Positions 53,868 to 64,000 of a DNA stretch of 64,000 nt are shown one piece after another. Source of the DNA: Macrostomum lignano (taxonomy: Eukaryota); assembly GCA_002269645.1 (NCBI GenBank), contig NIVC01000508.1, positions 1 through 64,000 on the forward strand. The letters are read 5' to 3'. The notes beneath the pieces were generated by a model, which did no database searches, was not told the origin of the DNA, and saw nothing but the letters and a program-made list of their open reading frames with translations. The position numbers and the translations under genes are program-made. Position 1 is the stretch's first letter, and the number at the start of each line of letters is the position of its first letter.

Positions 53868-55651
53868 ATGTCGACAGCGGCGGTCGATGCCGACTCAGCT
53901 TCATCATCAACGGCGACATCATTCGCCGACTGGCTGGCTGACACCATCGCCCAGCTGGCTCCGACGGCCGCCGCCGCGCCGGATATTGACGCCGCCAGTT
54001 TAGTGGACTATTTGACCGGCGTCCTTGAAGCCGACGCCGCCAGCGGCGAAGATGCCGACGCTCAGCGCGACTCGGTCCGCGACATCGTCCAGGAGTTCGG
54101 CCTGCTGCCGCCTGCTGCCAGCGAGGCCGACGCCGAAGCTCTGGCTGGCCGGATTGTCCAGGCCTTCAATCGGGACGCTTCGGCATCTGCCGGCGCCGCT
54201 GCTGCCGCGTCTTCAGCTTCGGCCGAGCTGACCGCGGCTGAGGCGGAGGCGCTGGCCAAGGTTCGCGAGATGACCGTCAAGCAGCAGCCGCCGCCGCCGC
54301 TGCAGCAGCAGCAGGTCAAACAGTCGGATGAGAAGCAGATTATTTTGCAGGTGAGGCTGCGGCTGTCCCAACCTCCCAAATCCTCAGTTGCTGGGCCAGC
54401 CTCCCAGATCCTCAGTTGCTGTCCTAGTCCCCCAAATCCTCAGTTGCTGTCCCAACCTCCCAGATCCTCAGTTGCTGTCCCAGCCTCCCAGATCCTCAGT
54501 TGCTGTCCTAGTCCCCCAAATCCTCAGTTGCTGTCCCAACCTCCCAGATCCTCAGTTGCTGTCCCAACCTCCCAGATCCTCAGTTGCTGTCCCAACCTCC
54601 CAGATCCTCAGTTGCTGTCCCAACCTCCCAGATCCTCAGTTGTTAGGCCAGCCTCCCAGATCCTCAGCTGCTGGGTCAGTCTCCCAAATCCTCAGTTGCT
54701 GGGCCAGCCTCCCAAATCCTCAGTTCCTCAGTTGCTGGGCCAGCCTCCCAGATCCTCAGTACCTCAGTTGCTGGGCCAGCCTCCCAGATCCTCAGTTCCT
54801 CAGTTGCTGGGCCAGCCTCCCAGATCCTCAGTTCCTCAGTTGCTGGGCCAGCCTCCTAGATCCTCAGTTGCTGGGTCAGTCTCCCAAATCCTCAGTTGCT
54901 GGGCCAGCCTCCCAAATCCTCAGTTCCTCAGTTGCTGGGCCAGCCTCCCAGATCCTCAGTACCTCAGTTGCTGGGCCAGCCTCCCAAATCCTCAGTTCCT
55001 CAGTTGCTGGGCCAGCCTCCCAGATCCTCAGTTCCTCAGTTGCTGGGCCAGCCTCCTAGATCCTCAGTTGCTGGGTCAGTCTCCCAGATCCTCAGTTGCT
55101 GGGCCAGCCTCCCAGATCCTCAGTTGCTGGGCCAGCCTCCCAAATCCTCAGTTCCTCAGTTGCTGGGCCAGCCTCCCAAATCCTCAGTTCCTCAGTTGCT
55201 GGGCCAGCCTCCCAAATCCTCAGTTCCTCAGTTGCTGGGCCAGCCTCCCAAATCCTCAGTTCCTCAGTTGCTGGGCCAGCCTCCTAGATCCTCAGTTGCT
55301 GGGCCAGCCTCCCTGATCCTCAGCTGCTGGGCCAGCATCCTGGATATTTGACACTAGAAAATTCCCAAGTCATGCCCAACAAAGCGCCTTGAATCCGCTA
55401 ATCCCCAGGCCTACGCTAACGTATCGGACAGTGACGGCGAGGTGGAGCTAGCGGCAGGCGACAAAGGCCCTGCCATCAACAATCGGGCGTCAAAGGAGAG
55501 CGAGGAGCGACTGAAACGGGAGCGAATGAAGCTGGAGCACGCCAGCAAGGTGGAGAAAGACAAGGCCGACAGGGAGAAGCAGCGCGTCGCTAAAGAGGCC
55601 AGAAAGGAGGCCGAGAAACGGCGAACGCAGAAGCAGGAGAGGCGAAAATGA
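53868..55651 (+). CDS. CCDC43: Coiled-coil domain-containing protein 43: exons 53868-54350 and 55409-55651
   Basis: SFADWL..DYLTGVL..RIVQAF N-terminus; QIILQ|AYANVSD junction (phase 0, CAG|GTGAGG..CCCCAG|GCC); C-terminal EKDKADREKQRVAKEARKEAEKRRTQKQERRK matches the recalled CCDC43 tail (KRTQRGERKR). Confidence 0.9.
54365..55340. repeat. Minisatellite of the AGATCCTCAGTTGCTGGGCCAGCCTCCC family in the CCDC43 intron
   Basis: Same unit as 1268-1640, with local variants (GTCCCAACC and inserted TTCCTCAG). Confidence 0.95.
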
Positions 55652-55775
55652 TCATGGATCAATGCTGTACTTTCTAAGAATATCTTTGGTTTAAACATTT
55701 GCAGTATCTAGTCTTTCAAAGGGTTTTAAGTGGTTTATTTATTGTCGATTTAAAAAAAATAAAGCTTCAGCTTTA

Positions 55776-56208
55776 AAACCGGAAGGGAATCGGTACTCAA
55801 CTAATCGAAACCGGAAGTGAATCGGTAATCAACTAATCGAAACCGGAAGTGTATCGGTAATCAACTAATCGAAACCGGAAGTGAATCGGTAATCAACTAA
55901 TCGAAACCGGAAGTGAATCGGTAATCAACTAATCGAAACCGGAAGTGTATCGGTAATCAACTAATCGAAACCTAAAGTTTATTGGTAAACAACTAATCGA
56001 AACCGGAAGTGTATCGGTACTAAACTAATTGAAACCGGAAGTGAATCGGTAATCAACTAATCGAAACCGGAAGTGAATCGGTAATCAACTAATCGAAACC
56101 GGAAGTGAATCGGTAATAAACTAATCAAAACCGGACGTGAATCGGTAATAAACTAATCGAAACCGGAAGTGAATCGGTAATTAAAGTAATCAAAGCCGGA
56201 AGTGTATC
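55776..56208. repeat. 32-bp minisatellite (AAACCGGAAGTGAATCGGTAATCAACTAATCG)n starting just after the AATAAA at 55758
   Basis: About 14 units read directly. Confidence 0.93.
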
Positions 56209-56654
56209 GCCTTTGTTGTATTAATGTTACTGAAAAAGAACCAGAAAAATTAAAGTTACGATTGTAAAAGCGCTGCCAAGAATTTGCTTTTAACCAGCTT
56301 CGTGTCCCTCAATTATTTACTTGAGTTCGCGCCGCCATAGTGAGCCCTTATCTCTAAATTGGGTGACAGCTCATTATCTCAGTAACTCTAATTTAATATA
56401 TCAGTCAATTTAAATAATTTGGATTTTATCGATTCCTAAATTTGTGTCCGTTTATAACTTTAAGCCACTTTCAAGCATTTTAGTGGCTCAGCTTTGTTTG
56501 TTTTCCTTTGTCTTCTGATCTATTTGTAGCTTTCTTCCAGATCTGCTTGGCTCTTCAAATACCTGATCTGCGTGCTTAATCAATGGATTCATTTTACTAT
56601 TTCTATTTCATTTATTACCTATATTCTGCTTCCAAAAGGTGTGCTTTGGTTTCT

Positions 56655-57190
56655 ACATTGATAGTAATGTACATCACATGCTTTGTACATTGATAAAAAT
56701 GTACATCACCTGCAGTAATGTACTGTACACCATATGCTTTGTACATTGATAGTAATGTACACCACCTGCAGTAATGTACATCACATGCTTTGTACATTGA
56801 TAGTAATGTACATCACATGCTTTGTACATTGATAAAAATGTACATCACCTGCAGTAATGTACTGTACACCATATGCTTTGTACATTGATAGTAATGTACA
56901 CCACCTGCAGTAATGTACATCACATGCTTTGTACATTGATAGTAATGTACATCACATGCTTTGTACATTGGTAGTAATGTACATCACATGCTTTGTACAT
57001 TAATAGTAATGTACATCACCTGCAGTAATGTACACCATATGCTTTGTACATTGATAGTAATGTACATCACCTGCAGTAATGTACACCATATGCTTTGTAC
57101 ATTGATAGTAATGTACATCACCTGCAGTAATGTACACCATATGCTTTGTACATTGATAGTTATGTGCATCACATGCTTAATTGTACATTG
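56655..57190. repeat. About 32-bp composite minisatellite (ATGTACATCACATGCTTTGTACATTGATAGTA with CTGCAGTA variants)
   Basis: Unit read directly. Confidence 0.9.
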
Positions 57191-57529
57191 ATGGTTGTGT
57201 ACACTAAAAGTGCAAAACTTTCTAGCAGGCCAATTGCAAAGAATACGCAGATTTCCTAGGCTTCTATTGAAAAAGTGAATTTCTCTATTTTCATGGCCTG
57301 TACCTTTTATCCTGCCTGCAACTAAAACTTTCTCATAAGGAGATTCTGGTATTTTTCTGGCACTCCCGCCAATTCGCACTTTCACCGATTCTTTGACTTT
57401 AAAGTGCATTCAACTCGACTATGTTGGCTGCAAATATATAACTGTGGGATTTAAGAATAACTTATTCATCTCTTCATGTGTTGCTTGACTTGAAAATTTC
57501 ATAATACTTAACTATCACTTTCTCTGCCC

Positions 57530-58085
57530 CTCCTCACTATCCACCCTATCTCTACACAACCCACCTCATTCTACCCACCCCATCTGACTCTGCCCCACCC
57601 CACATCACCCTACCCATCTCACCCCACTCTACCCCTTCATCTCACTCTAGCTACCCCACCTCACTCTGTTCCACCTCATCTCTACCTACCTCACTCTGCC
57701 CACCCCACCTCACTCTGCCCACCCCACCTCACTCTACCCCATCTCATGCCACCCCAAAACCCTCTACCCCTCCTCACGCCACCGCAAAACCCTCTACCCC
57801 ACCTCACGCCACCGCAAAACCCTCTACCCCACCTCACGCCACCCCAAAACCCTCTACCCCACCTCACGCCACCCCAAAACCCTCTACCCCACCTCACGCC
57901 ACCCCAAAACCCTCTACCCCACCTCACGCCACCCCAAAACCCTCTACCCCACCTCACGCCACCCAAAACCCTCTACCCCACCTCACGCCACCCCAAAACC
58001 CTCTACCCCACCTCACGCCACCCCAAAACCCTCTACCCCACCTCACGCCACCCCAAAACCCTCTACCCCACCTCACGCCACCCCA
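57530..58085. repeat. C-rich degenerate repeat grading into the 30-bp unit (CCCCAAAACCCTCTACCCCACCTCACGCCA)n
   Basis: Unit read directly; it abuts the RIC-3 acceptor. Confidence 0.92.
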
Positions 58086-58098
58086 CCCGGCTCCGCAG

Positions 58099-59565
58099 CC
58101 GGTGGCGGCAGCCTTCAATTCCGGGTTGGCCCAACTGGGCATCGCCCTGGCGGTCGCAGTGGCCTGTCTCTCGGCCATCTACCCGGGTCTGCTGCGCCCG
58201 CTTCTGTCAGCCGCCGGGACTCGTCTATTCCAATCATCGAGTGCTGATAGCAGCGGTAGCGATAGCAACGCGTTGAATCCCCAGCAACCGTTGTCAAGGC
58301 CGCCGCCGGGACCGAATCCGCACCTGCAAGGTCGGCAGCAGCATCAACAGCCGCAGGCGTCTCTTCTACTAGCCATAGTGCTGCCAATCTACAGTGTGGC
58401 AATCGTGTGCTTTCTCATCTACACTCTAGTGAGGTTTCTCAGCGTCCGTCCCACCCGACGGCAGCTGTCTATGGCCGCGGCCGCTGATGCTGCTGCAGTC
58501 GCCAACGACAAGGCTGTCGTCTACGATGCTTCGTTGAGAGAATTTCGTCGCTCCGGCGAGCGTCAGTTTACTCCGATTTCTAAGAAAATGGATGGCGTGA
58601 GTCGGTTTCTAAATTTTTATTCAACTCGATGTAGCTTGGCTTTTGAGTAGAAATTTTATTGTTGAATACTTGTTGAAGAATTGCATCATAGAAGAAAGCT
58701 CCTCGTGTTTCCTAGAAACAATTCCGTTTCTGAGAAAAATTCTTTGTGGTTCCAAAAACAGGCTATAGGAGTCCTAAAAACAGATTATATATAACTTCTA
58801 GAAACAGACGTTCTGATTCCTAGAAACAGACTTTCTGATTCCTAGAAACAGACTTTCTGATTCCTAGAAACAGGCTTTTTGATTCCTAGAAACAGGCTTT
58901 CTAATTCCTAGAAACAGGCCTTCTGATTTCTAGAAACAGGCTTTCTTATTCCTAGAAACAGGCTTTCTTATTCCTAGAAACAGGCTTTCTTATTCCTAGA
59001 AACAGGCCTTCTGATTCCTAGAAACAGGCCTTCTGATTTCTAGAAACAGGCCTTCTGATTTCTAGAAACAGGCCTTCTCATTTCTAGAAACAGGCCTTCT
59101 AATTCCTAGAAACAGGCTTTCTGATTCCTAGAAACAGGCTTTCTGATTCCTAGAAACAGGTCTTCTAATTTTTAAAAACAGGCTTTCTTATTCCTCAAAA
59201 CAGCTTCTCTCTGATTCCTAAAGCGTCATAGCTAGAAATTCACAAACTGAAACGAACTGTTCAATTCCTAGAAACCCTTCCCCAAACAGCATTCGCAGCC
59301 ATCCAACGAACCGCCTTTGGAATCGTTGGAGCGTGACCTTCAACGCCTGGTGGAGCGATTGGACGCCAGGGAGCCGCAGCAGCAGCGGCGACACTACGGC
59401 GACGCCGATGTCGGCTACGGAATCGACAAAAACTCGGGGGCCGAACTGGCCGACCGGGCCGCGCTGCGGCGAGAGCTGGCCGCCACCGAAGTGCGGATGA
59501 TGCGGCTGCTGGAGCAGATCCGGAGAGGCGAGTTGAACGCGTCTGAGGACGACTGCGCTAGCTAG
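58099..59565 (+). CDS. RIC3: RIC-3 (nicotinic acetylcholine receptor chaperone): exons 58099-58596 and 59290 (or 59299)-59565; no in-frame genomic ATG found
   Basis: N-terminal hydrophobic LGIALAVAVACLSAIYP, Pro-rich spacer, TM LLAIVLPIYSVAIVCFLIYTLVRF (recalled RIC3 IIPIYGFGIFLYILY) and C-terminal coiled coil LRRELAATEVRMMRLLEQI; phase-0 intron GGC|GTGAGT..ACAG|CAT. Confidence 0.85.
58790..59220. repeat. 22-bp minisatellite (TTCCTAGAAACAGGCTTTCTGA)n, RIC-3 intron
   Basis: Unit read directly. Confidence 0.93.
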
Positions 59566-59624
59566 AGGCGTAGGGAGGATTTTCGAGGGTTTTAATTTGT
59601 TAGGTTTGGGAGATTTTGAATTTA

Positions 59625-60845
59625 GAATCTGGGGAAAATCTTCCCTAGAAGTATTGGAAATAGGAATCTGAGGAATTTTTCCTTAGGGTACTTTTATTTA
59701 GGGAGAATCCTCCCTTTGGAGTATTTGGATCTGAGGGGAGAATCTTCCCTTTGGGATGTTTGGATCTGAGAGGAGAATCTTCCCTTAAAGATATTTGGAT
59801 CTGAGAGGAGAATCTTCCCTTTGGGATATTTGGATCTAAGGGGAGAATCTTCCCTTTGAGATATTTGGATCTGAGAGGAGAATCTTCCCTTTGGGATATT
59901 TGGATCTGAGGGCAGAATCTTCCCTTTGGGATATTTGGATCTGAGGGGAGAATCTTCCCTTTGGGATATTTGGATCTGAGGGCAGAATCTTCCCTTTGGG
60001 ATATTTGGATCTGAGGGCAGAATCTTCCCTTTGGGATATTTGGATCTGAGGGGAGAATCTTCCCTTTGAGATATTTGGATCTGAGAGGAGAATCTTCCCT
60101 TTGGGATATTTGGATCTGAGGGGAGAATCTTCCCTTTGAGATATTTGGATCTGAGGGGAGAATCTTCCCTTTGAGATATTTGCATCTGAGGGCAGAATCT
60201 TCCCTTTGGGATATTTGGATCTGAGGGGAGAATCTTCCCTTTGGGATGTTTGGATCTGAGAGGAGAATCTTCCCTTAAAGATATTTGGATCTGAGAGGAG
60301 AATCTTCCCTTTGGGATATTTGGATCTAAGGGGAGAATCTTCCCTTTGAGATATTTGGATCTGAGAGGAGAATCTTCCCTTTGGGATATTTGGATCTGAG
60401 GGCAGAATCTTCCCTTTGGGATATTTGGATCTGAGGGGAGAATCTTCCCTTTGGGATATTTGGATCTGAGGGCAGAATCTTCCCTTTGGGATATTTGGAT
60501 CTGAGGGCAGAATCTTCCCTTTGGGATATTTGGATCTGAGGGGAGAATCTTCCCTTTGAGATATTTGGATCTGAGAGGAGAATCTTCCCTTTGGGATATT
60601 TGGATCTGAGGGGAGAATCTTCCCTTTGAGATATTTGGATCTGAGGGGAGAATCTTCCCTTTGAGATATTTGCATCTGAGGGCAGAATCTTCCCTTTGGG
60701 ATATTTGGATCTGAGGGGAGAATCTTCCCTTTGGTATATTTGGATCTGAGAGGAGAATCTTCCCTTTGGGATATTTGGATCTGAGGGGAGAATCTTCCCT
60801 TTGAGATATTTGCATCTGAGGGGAGAATCTTCCCTTTGAGATATT
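59625..60845. repeat. 35-bp minisatellite (AGAATCTTCCCTTTGGGATATTTGGATCTGAGGGG)n
   Basis: Unit read directly. Confidence 0.96.
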
Positions 60846-61559
60846 TGAATTGGAAAGCAGCTAGGACTTATTGTTAATTATAGGATTGAACGTAATACCC
60901 CTAAGTCCTAGCTGCTTTCCTACTGTAGCGATTGCTTAGTTGCTGCCTCATGCTAGTTGCGGGTTCTTTGTAGAGCAGTGTGCACATGTAGTTTCAGTAC
61001 TACTGCTAATACTAAAGATAGTATTTTCCACGCGCTGCAAAACTTTTCTGTACAGATTTATAGTTTGGCATTTTCTATATGCTTAGAGCTCATAGCTGTT
61101 TAGTTTTTTTTCCTTTGCTAATATGACTACTTAGAGTAGTGTAGAGTGAAAAAGTTTTTTATCAGTGGCAATTTTTTTTAATATTCGTTTTACCGATTCT
61201 AGTAAAAAAGTATAAATATTGCATAATTATTGCGATTGACCGAATCTCTGTAAAGGTTTTTTGTGTTTTCATTTTTGTGTTTCTACCACAATAATAATAA
61301 ATTTCACAAAAAATAATTAACTGCTAAAATTATAATCTGAATCTATTTTAAGATCTTAGTTAAGATCTTAAAAATCAAGGGCGATATTTTCTTAATTTTT
61401 TACTATTTTTTATTATATAAAACTCCCACAGTCTACTGTTAAGTAGTGCTATTACAGACTTTTCCTTGATAAAATACTTGTTTAGTGGCTAGAAATTTAG
61501 GAAGCATTCATTCTAGATTTGAATATCATTTCGAATAGCTATTGTTTAAAATTGGGTTC

Positions 61560-63205
61560 CTTCCTCATTCCTAAAAACAGCCCCATCCTCATTCCTAGAA
61601 GCAGCCCCATCCTCATTCCTAGAAACAGCCCCATCCTCATTCCTAGAAACAGCCCCATCCTCATTCCTAGAAACAGCCCCATCCTCATTCCTAGAAACAG
61701 CCCCATCCTCATTCCTAGAAACAGCCCCATCCTCATTCCTAGAAACAGCCCCCATCCTCATTCCTAGAAACAGCCCCATCCTCATTCATAGAAACAGCCC
61801 CATCGTCATTCCTAGAAACAGCCCCATCCTCATTCCTAGAAACAGCCCCATCCTCATTCCTAGAAACAGCCCCATCCTCATTCCTAGAAACAGCCCCATC
61901 CTCATTCCTAGAAACAGCCCCATCCTCATTCCTAGAAACAGCCCCATCCTCATTCCTAGAAACAGCCCCATCCTCATTCCTAGAAACAGCCCCATCCTCA
62001 TTCCTAGAAACAGCCTCCTTATTTGTAGAAACAAAGCTCCATCGCGATTCCTAGATACGCATCGAATTATTGTTTTTTTGAAAAACGGTAATGTATACAA
62101 CATGTATCTAGCGCATTCAGTCTGCCAGCCTGCTGAGAGTAGCGGTTTGACCCACAGTTTTACATATGTAGTTTGAATAATACATTACAATATCTAAGTT
62201 CCTCATTCCTAGAAACAGCCCCCATCCTCATTCCTAGAAACAGTCCCCATCCTCATTCCTAGAAGCAGCCCCATCGTCATTCCTAGAAACAGCCCCATCC
62301 TCATTCCTAGAAACAGCCCCATCCTCATTCCTAGAAACAGCCCCATCCTCATTCCTAGAAACAGCCTCCTTATTTGTAGAAACAAAGCTCCATCGCGATT
62401 CCTAGATACGCATCGAATTATTGTTTTTTTGAAAAACGGTAATGTATACAACATGTATTTAGCGCATTCAGTCTGCCAGCCTGCTGAGAGTAGCGGTTTG
62501 ACCCACAGTTTTACATATGTAGTTTGAATAATACATTACAATATCTAAGTTCCTCATTCCTAGAAACAGCCCCATCCTCATTCCTAGAAACAGCCCCCAT
62601 CCTCATTCCTAGAAACAGTCCCCATCCTCATTCCTAGAAGCAGCCCCATCGTCATTCCTAGAAACAGCCCCATCCTCATTCCTAGAAACAGCCCCATCCT
62701 CATTCCTAGAAACAGCCCCATCCTCATTCCTAGAAACAGCCTCCTTATTTGTAGAAACAAAGCTCCATCGCGATTCCTAGATACGCATCGAATTATTGTT
62801 TTTTTGAAAAACGGTAATGTATACAACATGTATTTAGCGCATTCAGTCTGCCAGCCTGCTGAGAGTAGCGGTTTGACCCACAGTTTTACATATGTAGTTT
62901 GAATAATACATTACAATATCTAAGTTCCTCATTCCTAGAAACAGCCCCATCCTCATTCCTAGAAACAGCCCCATCCTCATTCCTAGAAACAGCCCCATCC
63001 TCATTCCTAGAAACAGCCTCCTTATTTGTAGAAACAAAGCTCCATCGCGATTCCTAGATACGCATCGAATTATTGTTTTTTTGAAAAACGGTAATGTATA
63101 CAACATGTATTTAGCGCATTCAGTCTGCCAGCCTGCTGAGAGTAGCGGTTTGACCCACAGTTTTACATATGTAGTTTGAATAATACATTACAATATCTAA
63201 GTTCA
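61560..63205. repeat. Composite tandem repeat: blocks of the 24-bp unit (TTCCTAGAAACAGCCCCATCCTCA) alternating with four copies of an about 190-bp spacer
   Basis: The spacer AGCCTCCTTATTTGTAG..ATATCTAAGTT starts at 62012, 62363, 62738 and 63015. Confidence 0.95.
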
Positions 63206-63289
63206 TCTGTTAGTCCTGCAAAAAAACAGAATACCTTGAAACTAAGATCTTAAAAAACTGTCACAGGATGAGCCTCAAAGCTCAAGGCA

Positions 63290-64000
63290 CAGGCAGTCAG
63301 TCGACGACGTACATGCGAGTATTTAGCGCTGTGGGCGCTCCAGACCTCGTAGTTGGGGTGCCTGCAGCAGTCGCTGCTGCACCAGCCGTGTGCAGTACAG
63401 TAACAACTCGGCGCGGATCAATTGGCCAACTAGCTGGAGTCGCAGACGGAGTCCAACACGTTTGGACGGACTGAGGGAAGTGATGAAAAGGGGGCGCCAT
63501 GCAGCTAGAGGGGCGCCAGCTACAGGGGGAGACAGCTGGAGCGATTCTGAAGTCCACTGTTACACTGACGGCTCAATGAGGCATGGTCTTTCCGGCTTCG
63601 GAGCTTGCGTCTTCTTCAAGGGAGAAGTGGTGTGGAGCTACTCCCAGCACACTGGGCCCAACTCCAGTGTTTTTCAGAGCGAGGTGCTTCCCATCAGCTC
63701 CTGCGCGGCAGAGCTGCGCCGAAGGCAGCTCAGCGATCGAAAATTTATTTTTCACTCTGACAGCCAAGCAGGCCTTCGGGCCCTCTGCCGCTCCAGATCT
63801 GTCCTGGACTGCAACTGCAACGCCCAGCTCATCGGGCTTGCGCTAGGCAACCAGGTGGAGCTAAGATGGATCCCGGGCCGTGCTGGTTTCCTCGGCAACG
63901 AGCGGGCTGACCTGCTGGTTCCGCCGGCGCGCTGCTGGGGCCGGGTCCGGGGGCCCTCATCCCCGCCTCGATGATCAACTCCCGCGTTAAGCGCTGGACT
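63290..64000 (+). mobile_element. Non-LTR retrotransposon fragment (I/R1/Loa-type) with RNase H domain, degenerate, running off the window
   Basis: YTDGS..SGFGAC..NSSVFQSEV..FHSDSQAGLRAL..VELRWIPGRAGFLGNERADLL is an RNase H D-E-D-D pattern typical of LINE pol C-termini. Confidence 0.88.

Noticed and set aside
54351-55316. 482-aa ORF 53868-55316 as a single-exon protein
   Set aside because: The part after 54350 is the intronic minisatellite; splicing to 55409 restores the CCDC43 C-terminus.
57190-57409. Unique 5' part of minus-strand ORF 56984-57409 (MHFKVKESVKVRIGG..)
   Set aside because: It is short, runs into a tandem array and has no motif I can support.
61560-63205. CRISPR-like repeat-spacer array
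   Set aside because: The spacers are identical copies rather than unique, the repeats are in tandem blocks, there are no cas genes and the context is eukaryotic.

Overview
Eukaryotic (metazoan) genomic DNA with GC-rich exons and introns or intergenic spacers filled by about 30 different mini/microsatellite arrays. By inference the best fit is a flatworm such as Macrostomum lignano; this is not proven. Genes supported by spliced translation: the 3' part of a DENND3 homolog (+, 485-5947, with five apparent frameshifts); a beta-1,4-galactosyltransferase (-, 6958 to about 16.5 kb); an intronless secreted PAN/apple plus C-type lectin (+, 22926-23675); an unknown Ala/Pro/Gln-rich protein (+, 37397-39106); mitochondrial ABCB7/ATM1 (+, about 40.8-52.7 kb); CCDC43 (+, 53868-55651); and RIC-3 (+, 58099-59565). 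The 17-36 kb region holds mobile-element debris: Helitron-like ends, an IS630/Tc1 deletion derivative, Gypsy gag and integrase remnants, foldback and hAT MITEs, and tRNA-derived SINEs. A LINE RNase H fragment lies at the right edge. The most interesting lead is that ABCB7 and RIC-3 both lack a usable in-frame genomic ATG, yet each begins directly after a 3' splice acceptor in exact phase for a Met donated by the AUG-terminated flatworm spliced leader. Both lie in a same-strand four-gene cluster that looks like a trans-spliced operon. All similarity calls come from recalled protein motifs, not database searches, and repeat boundaries are approximate.
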